DNA of 12,688 nucleotides from Promethearchaeota archaeon (GCA_014728035.1 WJMJ01000036.1:1-12688), one strand, 5' to 3'. Shown: positions 1 to 8,618, counted from the first letter of the stretch. A program made the numbers and translations. Notes: generated by a model not told the origin, from the sequence alone.

Positions 1-463
1 GTCTAAGGGACCGCAGCTGAGTACATCTACTGAGGGGCGATAGGTCTAGGTTCTGGAGTTTATCCATCCTCTCAAATTCTAAGGACCGCAGTTGTGATAG
101 AGATGAGAGAGGAAACAGATCCAGAGTCTCGAGTCTATCCCCGGATAGTGATAGTGACTGTAGCTGTTGGCATTCACGAAGAGGAGAAAGATCCAGGGCC
201 TGGAGATTACGCATAAGAAATAGTGATAGTGATTGCAGCTGTTGGCATTCACGAAGAGGAGAAAGATTCAGAATCTGGAGTTCATCCAACCTCTCAAATT
301 CTAAGGACTGCAGCTGAGTACATCTACTGAGGGGCGACAGGTCTAGGTTCTGGAGTTTATCCATCCTCTCAAGTGTTAAGAACTGCAGCTGTGCGCATCC
401 ACTAAGAGGAGACAAATCCAGGGTCTGGAGGTTTTTCATCGTTCCTAGTGTCAGGGACTGCAA
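1..463 (-). repeat. Coding tandem repeat of 75-bp units (one of 72 bp) underlying the LRRs
   Basis: 13-75 matches 310-372 at 62/63 nt; 145-192 matches 220-267 at 46/48; 68-91 matches 290-313 at 23/24. All offsets (297, 75, 222) are multiples of 3. Confidence 0.93.
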
Positions 464-604
464 ATTCGTACATGCTGTCAGATTACCGAGATCGATACTT
501 ACTGCATCAGGTTTAATGATCTCTATCTCCGTGACCTCATTATCATAACTGAGAGTGCGTTCTTCATCCTCAGTGTCTGTGTATCGGATAGTAATCTCGC
601 CCAT
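1..604 (-). CDS. Leucine-rich repeat protein, 25-aa LRRs; runs off the left edge (3' partial); not in the supplied ORF track
   Basis: Manual translation from ATG at 604 (GGGAG just upstream on the minus strand) gives 201 codons with no stop: MGEITIRYTDTEDEERTLSYDNEVTEIEIIKPDAVSIDLGNLTACTN / LQSLTLGTMKNLQTLDLSPLSGCAQ / LQFLTLERMDKLQNLDLSPLSRCTQ / LQSLEFERLDELQILNLSPLRECQQ / LQSLSLFLMRNLQALDLSPLRECQQ / LQSLSLSGDRLETLDLFPLSSLSQ / LRSLEFERMDKLQNLDLSPLSRCTQ / LRSLR... The LxxLxLxxxxxLxxLDLSPL pattern is clear, and no signal peptide is visible. Confidence 0.95.
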   Translation of the reverse strand, partial: MGEITIRYTDTEDEERTLSYDNEVTEIEIIKPDAVSIDLGNLTACTNLQSLTLGTMKNLQTLDLSPLSGCAQLQFLTLERMDKLQNLDLSPLSRCTQLQSLEFERLDELQILNLSPLRECQQLQSLSLFLMRNLQALDLSPLRECQQLQSLSLSGDRLETLDLFPLSSLSQLRSLEFERMDKLQNLDLSPLSRCTQLRSLR

Positions 605-992
605 GGCTAACTCCCGCTTTACAAGACTCTCTTGTTATTAATAATATTGTGCGGAAGGAGTTAGAGCCCCAACTGCTTCCAGAACTCGATATTTTTTGCA
701 AGTATGAAGATATACTCTTGGAAACGTTTGTAGATAGGTCCGGGATGCCAGATGAATATTTCATCAGTATAGATAATAGAATTTCTAATTTTTCTCTTAG
801 TAACTGGAATCAGTACTATCGAAAGAAGTGAATTCAACTCATCCGAGATAACTCACTCTCAGCATTTGAATAATTCAGATAATAAGAAAATGTTATCTTC
901 AAATCATTTAGTTCACTGTATATGATAACAGACCCAGAATTCTCACGATGGATTTATTACTTCTCATTCATTTTTTAATTATTGAATGAAGG

Positions 993-3900
993 ATGTTTCC
1001 CATGGACAAGAAGGTCTTATTTCTATCTGTCTTTGCTTTGCTTCTTTTGGCAACTGTTCCAACAGCCGAAGAGACACACAACTCTGTAATTTCAAGCAGT
1101 AACACGGATTTTTTTGCAAAAGCATACACCGAAAGGAATCCTATCGTTATTACCAGTGATGCTGATTTTTCCTCGCAGGGTTTTCCAGGAAATGGATCCG
1201 AGTCAAATCCCTACCTCCTAGAAGGATATAACATAACTAGTGATGATGTATGTATCGACATCAGTGGAACATCTGCTCATTACAAAATCAATGGATGTCT
1301 AATTTCAGCTCCAGTTTTCTCTAGCAATCAAGGAATTTTAATTGATTCGGCACCCAATGGTACTGTAGAAAGCTGTATTATCGAAAAACACCAGTATGGT
1401 CTTCGAATCGCATCTTCTGAGGACTGTGTTGTAAAAAGTAATACTGTCCGCGATAACTCTGAAGGTCTCAGTTTCTATGATTGCGACAACTTCCTGATAT
1501 CAAACAACACAGCATTCAATGATGAAATTTCGTTATATCTGACAAGCAGTTATCATTGTGTTATTAGTAACAACACATTAAAAGATTCTACTAAAGGGGG
1601 TTACATTAGTGGAGTGTATCTCAATGTAATTGACAATATTGTGAAGAATAATTCTGAATATGGTCTCTTCACTGCTAGTGAATACAGTACTGTAGCAGAA
1701 AACGAGATAATGCAAAATCCTACAGGTATCTATTTCTATTCAGGTCAAGGGCTGAATATCTCCTTCAATCAGATATATGATAACACAGAGTATGGGTTTT
1801 ACGGTTACGAATACGATTTGAGAGATAGCATTTTAGCGAACAATACTTTTTCGGATAATAAATATGGAGTATATTTGAGCAGGGTTATAGTATTTGCTAA
1901 TCCCCCGGAAAACTTCACCTTTGTAAATAATACATTGATCAATAATGGTCTTTACTTGGGTAATAGAGCTGATTCAAATTGGATAACTGATGTTACTGGG
2001 ACAACCGTGAATGAAAAACCTCTAGGATATTTCACTGACCTGAATGATTCAATTATTGATGGAACTCAATATGGACAAGTGATTCTTATCAACTGTTCCT
2101 ACACAGATGTCATAGGGGGAATATTTGATAATGTCACACTAGGTGTGACTGCTATTTCCTCCAACAATTGTACTTTCATGGATATCAGTTCTTTAAATAA
2201 TTCAGCAGTTGGGTTTAGACTAATAAATTCCGATGACTGCCATATAATAAACAATACAGCATCTAACAATCTCAATTATGGATTTATTCTAGACAATTCA
2301 CATAATTGTAGTCTAACTAATAACACCGCACTAGATAATTCACAATCAGGATTCTACATTAGTAGTTCGCATTACTTGGAAATATACAACACTTCTGCAG
2401 TCGATAATTCAAACCATGGGTTCTATTTAGACAACTCAGATTTCTGCAATCTGACAAGAAATATTGCTCAATCTAATAATGAAACTGGTTTCTATGAATA
2501 CCGATGTTCTGTTCCTGAATATCATGAAAACGAAGCTAATGAAAATGGATATGATGGATTCAACTTCGAAGATACTGATAATGGAACTCTAGTTAATAAT
2601 ATTGCAAAGAGCAATTCTCGAAATGGATACAGTTTCACGAGTTCAGATACATATACTCTAACAAACAATACTGCAGAGAGTAATGCCAATAATGGATTTT
2701 TTGTGCGTGATTCATATTATCACTATTTAGATTTCAATGATGGATGTGCAAATTTCATTGGGTTCAATTTAGATTCTTCAGTAAACTGTTCGCTTCAGAA
2801 TAATACCGCAATATCCAATTCATTACATGGATTCAATCTGCATTCTTCTGATAATAGTACCTTCATTAAGAATAATGCAACGCAGAATATTTTGATTGGT
2901 ATCTCCCTGACCAATTCAAGCTCTTGTACAATGTATCAGAACACCGTTATTCACAATAATATTGGGATACAAGTAGATATTGACTCTGAGAGTAATCTCT
3001 TCTATTTGAATCGGTTTGGATATAATTCACTTTTCAATGGACTCGATGAAAGCTATTCAACAGATTGGGACAACACAACTCAAGGAAATTGCTGGTCAGA
3101 TTATGATGGTTCGGGACATTATCTGGTAGATGGATCTCCAGGGAATATCGATAATCATCCTTGTATTCTTGATCTATATGTTCCAACGCTGAATCAACCT
3201 CAAGATATTAGCTACGAGTTGGGTGAAACAGGTAATTCTATACTATGGATAGCATATGACCTGCATTTGGATTCTTATGTTGTTCATAGAAACAATACCC
3301 TGATTGATTCCAACACTACCGATGGGACCAACATCACAATAAATGTAGACGGCCTAGATATTGGAAGCTATAACTATACCATAACTGTGAATGATACAAT
3401 GGGCAAGGTATCGGTTGACACAGTGTTTGTCGAGGTTTTTGATACTATCCCTCCTGAACTAGATCATCCTGAGGATATAGATTACGAACTGGGTTCAACT
3501 GATAATGTATTAACTTGGAACCTCACAGATTTTAGACCTGACTCGTATGAGTTATACCAAAATGGTAGTCTTATTGAAGAAGGTTTCTGGTCCGGTGGTG
3601 ATATCCAATTTATCATAGACGGACTTCCTGTAGGTACCTATATCTTCACGCTTGTAGCGAATGATACTACTGGAAACAATGCCAGTGATTCTGTAATTGT
3701 ATCAGTTGTAGATACTATATCTCCTAACCTCGATTCATCATCAGATATCCAATACGAACTAGGCTCAATGGAAAATTCAATTACTTGGACTGTATCTGAT
3801 TTAGATCCGTTCTCATATGAGGTATATGTCGATGGTAGCCTTATGGAGAACTCTTCCTGGGACGGCAGTCAGATTGACTATAATGTCGATGGTTTTGCAG

Positions 3901-4676
3901 TTGGCTCTTACAACGTCATGTTGATAATCTATGATTCAAGTGGGAATCATGCAATTGACAATGTGGCAGTTAATGTAATCGATACGACTATTCCCACAAT
4001 CGATTCTACCCCCGACTTCCAATATGAGGTAGCCTCCACTGGAAACTCCATAAGCTGGATAGTATCAGACCTAGATGCTTACTTGTATGAGATACATTGT
4101 AATGGTGTACTCATCCAAAGTGAATCTTGGGACGGCTCAAATATTGAATATAACGCCGATGGCATGTCTGTTGGTTCTCATAACATTACACTGATTATTT
4201 TTGATAGCTCAGGTAATCGCGCAAGTGATTCGGTAATTGTTAATGTAACTGACACTATCACTCCAACCATTAGCTCACCTGAAGACGTCACATACGAAGC
4301 AGGTACAAACACTCATAGTATTTCTTGGAATGTCACTGATGCTAGTACTCTACATTATGTTTTGTTGAGAAATGGAACTGAACTTTATGATGGAACAATG
4401 AACGACTCGAAGATTATAGTTGACATTGATTCCCTAGCACTAGGAACATACAACTTCACTTTGATAGTTACCGATGAAGGAGGTAACACTGCAAATGATT
4501 CGGTTCTAGTTCATGTTCTACTACCTAGCAGCATCTCCACCACAACAACAGTATCAACACAAGAGGGTTGGAATCCTATGATTATTGGTCTGGTTGCTGG
4601 CATTGGTATTGCTGGATTTGCTCTAGTAGTGTTTCTATTTATTGTCCCAAAAATCAGAAATAGAGAAAGGTTGTGA
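993..4676 (+). CDS. Secreted, membrane-anchored right-handed parallel beta-helix (NosD/CASH-type) protein with five Ig-like repeats; probable cell-surface glycoprotein
   Basis: Signal peptide MDKKVLFLSVFALLLLATVP (start may be the ATG at 1002). About 22-23-aa repeats of the form 'NNTAxxNxxxGFxLxxSxxC'. NosD-like C-cap 'WDNTTQGNCWSDYDGSG...D..P'. Five 90-aa beta-sandwich repeats, a Ser/Thr linker, a TM helix (IIGLVAGIGIAGFALVVFLFIV) and a basic tail. Many N-x-S/T sequons. Confidence 0.92.
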   Translation: MFPMDKKVLFLSVFALLLLATVPTAEETHNSVISSSNTDFFAKAYTERNPIVITSDADFSSQGFPGNGSESNPYLLEGYNITSDDVCIDISGTSAHYKINGCLISAPVFSSNQGILIDSAPNGTVESCIIEKHQYGLRIASSEDCVVKSNTVRDNSEGLSFYDCDNFLISNNTAFNDEISLYLTSSYHCVISNNTLKDSTKGGYISGVYLNVIDNIVKNNSEYGLFTASEYSTVAENEIMQNPTGIYFYSGQGLNISFNQIYDNTEYGFYGYEYDLRDSILANNTFSDNKYGVYLSRVIVFANPPENFTFVNNTLINNGLYLGNRADSNWITDVTGTTVNEKPLGYFTDLNDSIIDGTQYGQVILINCSYTDVIGGIFDNVTLGVTAISSNNCTFMDISSLNNSAVGFRLINSDDCHIINNTASNNLNYGFILDNSHNCSLTNNTALDNSQSGFYISSSHYLEIYNTSAVDNSNHGFYLDNSDFCNLTRNIAQSNNETGFYEYRCSVPEYHENEANENGYDGFNFEDTDNGTLVNNIAKSNSRNGYSFTSSDTYTLTNNTAESNANNGFFVRDSYYHYLDFNDGCANFIGFNLDSSVNCSLQNNTAISNSLHGFNLHSSDNSTFIKNNATQNILIGISLTNSSSCTMYQNTVIHNNIGIQVDIDSESNLFYLNRFGYNSLFNGLDESYSTDWDNTTQGNCWSDYDGSGHYLVDGSPGNIDNHPCILDLYVPTLNQPQDISYELGETGNSILWIAYDLHLDSYVVHRNNTLIDSNTTDGTNITINVDGLDIGSYNYTITVNDTMGKVSVDTVFVEVFDTIPPELDHPEDIDYELGSTDNVLTWNLTDFRPDSYELYQNGSLIEEGFWSGGDIQFIIDGLPVGTYIFTLVANDTTGNNASDSVIVSVVDTISPNLDSSSDIQYELGSMENSITWTVSDLDPFSYEVYVDGSLMENSSWDGSQIDYNVDGFAVGSYNVMLIIYDSSGNHAIDNVAVNVIDTTIPTIDSTPDFQYEVASTGNSISWIVSDLDAYLYEIHCNGVLIQSESWDGSNIEYNADGMSVGSHNITLIIFDSSGNRASDSVIVNVTDTITPTISSPEDVTYEAGTNTHSISWNVTDASTLHYVLLRNGTELYDGTMNDSKIIVDIDSLALGTYNFTLIVTDEGGNTANDSVLVHVLLPSSISTTTTVSTQEGWNPMIIGLVAGIGIAGFALVVFLFIVPKIRNRERL
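3183..4520 (+). repeat. Five tandem Ig-like (beta-sandwich) domains at an exact 270-bp period
   Basis: Repeat-initial Pro codons fall at 3183, 3453, 3723, 3993 and 4263. Consensus P.ID...D..YE.G...N.I.W...D......Y...NG......W.G..I...VDG...G.YN.T....D..GN.A.D.V.V.V.D. Confidence 0.9.
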
Positions 4677-4922
4677 TATGTAACATTTACTCAGTGGTAG
4701 GTAGTGATATAGAAGTAAGGGATAGAAACGAGATGATATTGTATGTATTATGATGATATGAATACCTAGTGAACCAGTAGATTTTGTAGGTCTATGTTGA
4801 TTGTGTCAGAATCATACGAATCAATTTTTTCTATGTATTCAGAATTGGTATGTCTGAATTCGACCATATCGATATTCAAATCATAGAAATGCACACTGCT
4901 TGATGATAATATTATGAAATTG

Positions 4923-6536
4923 CTATAATTTCGATTGAAATAGTTTCTCTCGTAGTCTTGAATCCCTGACTAATTTTAGGATATACCTTTGCAAGCTAGT
5001 AGAAATGTGTTCAGGATAGGGGACTCTTCCTGTTTCGTGGACTGTGATTGTTCCTCCCAATTTTTCAATCTCAAATCGAATTCTGTCAAAATCCTTCATC
5101 GTTACGAATTGACCTGTTCCCAAAGCAGAACAGATCTGGAATCCCCAAGCAGTACAGATCAGGGGTCCTAGGTTTATCTTTCCCCCATCAGTTTTTTTCA
5201 CTTTGATATGTTTTATCTCCTTCCCTCGTAGTCTAAGAATTGTTGGGATAATTGCTGCGATTTCAGTTAGAGCCAATTCATCGATATCTGCAAGTATAGT
5301 TGTTCGTTCAGATTTGATTTGCTTTGAATATAGTGAAAATACTTGGTGTTGAACTTCTGAAAGATTATCACAAGTAAGCAACTCTTCTAAATCCTGAATT
5401 TCAATATCCAAAATACCAATACCCGGGATATCATAGTTCCTTGTCATATTATTTGTTAGAAAACTGACCTTCCATGAACATGGTTCATAGTCTTTTAGAA
5501 TTTCGACTAACTTTCTGATTGTAGTAATGTTGTATAGTCCGAGTATTTTATCATAATGTGAGATATGCCTATTCCAATGTGGGTATTTCTTGAAAATAGA
5601 TTCTTCACTCAGAATGGTAGATGCATAGCTGATATCAATGCTATCTATAGGGATATCCAGCAAGGGTAGCAAATCCACCCTTCTAAGACGTGTGTTTTCT
5701 GAGATTTCAATATCATTTAATTTGGAGCAAAATGAGAGTGGACTAAGGTCTATCTTGCGTAATTTTGTATTTCGGATTAATCTGAACTTCTTAAGTTGCG
5801 TTAAGGTAGCAAGGGATTTGAGGTCAATTGTTTCTAACATTCTATTATAGGATATTTGCATCTCCTCAAGAGACTCTTCCAATCCTTCCAGATTCAAATC
5901 AAAATCTTGTAATCTATCATTGCGGTATACTACGAGTTTACGTAATCTAAATGCAGATAGAAAGGGAAACAATACTAGACTGGTAATTCTCCAGTTTTGG
6001 CTGATTCTTAATTCCTGAAGATTATCCAATATCTTGAGAGCTGACAAGTCTAAATCATGAGTATTACCTCCAAGTACTAGTGAAGTAAGCTGAATGCATC
6101 TAGCAATGTCCTTCAGACTCTGCAACTTGATGTCTTCATTTATCCATACTTCAAATTCTCTAAGACTCTTACAATCTGATAATCTCCGTAGATCTAATTC
6201 TTTAAGACTTGCTAAGTTTCGTATTTGAATTGAATGAAGCTTGGGCAGTGCTGACAAAGGCTTCAGGTCCAATTTCTGAATCTGGTCATTCCCTACTATT
6301 GTAAGAGTCCGAAGGTGTGAACATGAAGAAATCGGACTTAAATCTAGTTCCGTTAGAATTTTATTATTTATGATTTGAATTTTTTCCAGCTGTGAAAATG
6401 ATGATAGTGTCGAAAGATCTATCTTAGTCGCATACGGGATTTGAATCTTAATTTCAATTGCATCAATATCATAGGTCTTGATGGATTCTTTTCCATCCCA
6501 ATGCAATATAGGAATTTCAACTTGGAGCATGACCAA
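4923..6536 (-). CDS. Leucine-rich repeat protein (about 10 LRRs of 23-25 aa) with an uncharacterised ~230-aa C-terminal domain
   Basis: Repeats such as LEKIQIINNKILTELDLSPISSCSH and LKKFRLIRNTKLRKIDLSPLSFCSK. The N-terminal cap resembles that of the 1-604 protein. No signal peptide or TM helix. True start may be the ATG at 6530 rather than the TTG at 6536. Confidence 0.92.
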   Translation of the reverse strand: MVMLQVEIPILHWDGKESIKTYDIDAIEIKIQIPYATKIDLSTLSSFSQLEKIQIINNKILTELDLSPISSCSHLRTLTIVGNDQIQKLDLKPLSALPKLHSIQIRNLASLKELDLRRLSDCKSLREFEVWINEDIKLQSLKDIARCIQLTSLVLGGNTHDLDLSALKILDNLQELRISQNWRITSLVLFPFLSAFRLRKLVVYRNDRLQDFDLNLEGLEESLEEMQISYNRMLETIDLKSLATLTQLKKFRLIRNTKLRKIDLSPLSFCSKLNDIEISENTRLRRVDLLPLLDIPIDSIDISYASTILSEESIFKKYPHWNRHISHYDKILGLYNITTIRKLVEILKDYEPCSWKVSFLTNNMTRNYDIPGIGILDIEIQDLEELLTCDNLSEVQHQVFSLYSKQIKSERTTILADIDELALTEIAAIIPTILRLRGKEIKHIKVKKTDGGKINLGPLICTAWGFQICSALGTGQFVTMKDFDRIRFEIEKLGGTITVHETGRVPYPEHISTSLQRYILKLVRDSRLREKLFQSKL

Positions 6537-6780
6537 CTCTCTGAAATCAGAAAGGGATATCGGTAATATCAGTATATCGAGCTAAATTGAAAAACACCCA
6601 ATCTATTTATCCCGCTAAAGTCAGATGGTATTTGATGAGTTCAAAACATCTATTTGTAAATGCAGACATCTCTGTACCTTCATGCGACTACATGATTAGC
6701 TCCTATATCCTTGCATATGATTACAATCTAAAAACTGGGCAGAGCAATCAATATGTATTACTATAAATCTAGATATAACA

Positions 6781-7305
6781 ATGAGCGAAGAACATTTGTT
6801 CTATTCCAAAGAATCATCTGAGAATACTATTGATGAAGCAATTGTTCTTGGCACAAATCACACCTACCAGATAATAGCTGGAATACGAGACCGCGATTTT
6901 AGAGAAGCTACAATTCGAGGAGAAGTTCCAATCATGCTTGATGATTCGGAAATGACCTCGAAAGATATAAGCCATAATGATAGAGGTGATGAAAATTTCG
7001 GACCTAGTGTATGGGACTCCATCAAAATTAACATTCTTAACAATGAAACGGCAAATCTCACAATTATAGGCACAATGGATCTGGCTGATTATTGGTTATT
7101 GGAAATCTATGAGGATTTGCCTGATATTGGTATCGGTTCACTTGCAATCATACTTATGGTATCCGAGTATGCCAGTATCTTTTCTGGTGCTTGGCTTGTT
7201 TGTGCTCTCCTACGAATGACCAATAAGAAACAATTTAGTTCAGAATCTGATGAAGAAGATGAACAAATTGAAGATGGCGACTTGGGTGTGATATATTATG
7301 ACTGA
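6781..7305 (+). CDS. Hypothetical protein with one C-terminal TM segment and an acidic tail; possibly 5'-truncated
   Basis: 174-aa ORF with hydrophobic IGIGSLAIILMVSEYASIFSGAWLVCALL followed by RMTNKKQ and ESDEEDEQIEDGD. Several N-x-T sequons but no signal peptide. The frame is open upstream to 6721. Confidence 0.65.
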   Translation: MSEEHLFYSKESSENTIDEAIVLGTNHTYQIIAGIRDRDFREATIRGEVPIMLDDSEMTSKDISHNDRGDENFGPSVWDSIKINILNNETANLTIIGTMDLADYWLLEIYEDLPDIGIGSLAIILMVSEYASIFSGAWLVCALLRMTNKKQFSSESDEEDEQIEDGDLGVIYYD

Positions 7306-7679
7306 ATCTATCAATTCAACCTAGGATTTTATTTTCTTTCGTTATTCGACTCCGGTTTGCTTTAACACGGTGGTTTATCCAAACCATATCCTTTGCGACT
7401 GGCATTTTCATCCACCTGAAGTATTAGTATTCCATATCTATTCAAGATAGACACGACGACCAACCATAAACTACCATTTACGGAAACAAATTGATATGCA
7501 ATCGAATAATTACGCTTCATATTAGTATGAAATTGGATAGCTTTTTCATTCGACATCAACGTTATCTCTATTTGAAATTGAATTCCCTCTATTGTTTTCC
7601 TGTTTTCCGGTCCCGTTACGTTGATGGTAATACTCAAAATACCAATGCCGGTATCAATAGAATCTATTTGGTGATTATT

Positions 7680-8573
7680 TTGAATAGGACTCGATCAAAT
7701 CGCATGATTGTTTTACTCTTTCTACTAGCGAATTTAGTAGTAATTCCAATGCTAGCATCTGTTTCGATAAATCCTACCCTAAAACAAAATGCGGATTCAG
7801 ACCAAATTTATGCAGCAAATCCCGTTGATGAGATTAATCTTCCAATTTGGGATGAAGAACCCACAAATCAAACAATACAGTTCACTCAAAGTTTTAGATA
7901 TGACTTGAACGCTACAATTCCGGGAGGAGGAAGTGTATGGTATTACATGCGAGATTGGGTTCACTTTGATATTAGTGAATGGACTGGGATTATCAGGGAC
8001 AACAATAGAGAAGGTCCTTATCCTTATCTCTCAGCGGGAGTATATCCCTTAGTGGTTTATGCGTATGATATTGTTGTTTATGAGGCAATTTACAAATTGA
8101 TATACATTCATGTTGTTGAATACGATGCACCAATCATTGAAGGCGACAACCCAGATAGAACATTCATAGAAGGAAATGTTAATGCAACTCTGAGATGGAA
8201 TGTAAGTGAGCCAAATTGGGATAAACTTAGGTTATATTGCAATGATGAAGTTGTGGGATTCTATGATTATGAATGGGTCGAGGCCAATATATCGATAGAA
8301 TATGAAGTACCAGATTTAGATCCAGGTTTGTACGTGTATAGACTTGAAGCTACAGACTCTGTTGGCAATTCCGCTGAAGACTATGTTGCAATTACTGTGA
8401 GTACATTAAGATTTACACCAACAGTAACTAATCAACCACCATTTTCAGTCACTAGTACAACTACAACTTCAAATGACACTAATGTGATGCACGGATTGAC
8501 CATTTTCATACTTGTAGCTTCATTCATGGGATTAGCAATAATAATCATAGTAACCTATCATAAGATAAGATGA
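7680..8573 (+). CDS. Secreted, membrane-anchored protein with two Ig/cadherin-like beta-sandwich domains
   Basis: Start revised from 7491 to TTG 7680, with GGTGA at 7670-7674 (alternative ATG 7704). This gives the signal peptide MNRTRSNRMIVLLFLLANLVVIPMLAS. Domain 2 (APIIEGDNPDRTFIEGNVNATLRW...LDPGLYVYRLEATDSVGNSAEDYVAITV) matches the Ig repeats of 993-4676. Thr-rich linker, TM helix, HKIR tail. Confidence 0.85.
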   Translation: MNRTRSNRMIVLLFLLANLVVIPMLASVSINPTLKQNADSDQIYAANPVDEINLPIWDEEPTNQTIQFTQSFRYDLNATIPGGGSVWYYMRDWVHFDISEWTGIIRDNNREGPYPYLSAGVYPLVVYAYDIVVYEAIYKLIYIHVVEYDAPIIEGDNPDRTFIEGNVNATLRWNVSEPNWDKLRLYCNDEVVGFYDYEWVEANISIEYEVPDLDPGLYVYRLEATDSVGNSAEDYVAITVSTLRFTPTVTNQPPFSVTSTTTTSNDTNVMHGLTIFILVASFMGLAIIIIVTYHKIR

Positions 8574-8577
8574 ACTT

Positions 8578-8618
8578 GATCTAGCTGGATTTAGAATTTG
8601 CTTTATCCAGCTCTGATC
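8578..8618. terminator. Inverted repeat just after the 8573 stop; possible terminator hairpin or protein-binding site
   Basis: AGCTGGAT (8583-8590) pairs with ATCCAGCT (8605-8612) across a 14-nt spacer, flanked by GATC at 8578-8581 and 8615-8618. Confidence 0.35.

Noticed and set aside
13-372. Diversity-generating retroelement TR/VR pair
   Set aside because: The copies lie within one ORF, the few mismatches are mostly synonymous, and there is no reverse transcriptase in the window.
1-463. CRISPR array or non-coding repeat
   Set aside because: The repeats keep codon phase and translate to an uninterrupted LRR on the minus strand; there is no constant repeat with unique spacers.
570-764. 64-aa minus-strand ORF
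   Set aside because: Overlaps the real LRR start in another frame; no recognisable features.
649-831. 60-aa plus-strand ORF with GTG start
   Set aside because: No motif or clear ribosome-binding site, and it sits in a divergent promoter region. It could be a gene remnant but cannot be supported from sequence alone.
4828-4889. Weak inverted repeats in the convergent intergenic region (ATTCAGA/TCTGAAT; TTTCTATG/CATAGAAA)
   Set aside because: Short arms in AT-rich DNA, compatible with chance; no tRNA or ncRNA hallmarks.
4989-5850. Short plus-strand ORFs 4989-5171 and 5638-5850
   Set aside because: Antisense shadows of the LRR gene.
6864-7637. Minus-strand ORFs 6864-7073 and 7362-7637, and the 7491-7679 extension of the Ig protein
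   Set aside because: The first is antisense to a better ORF; the second has no recognisable features; the extension lies before the signal peptide and GGTGA site.
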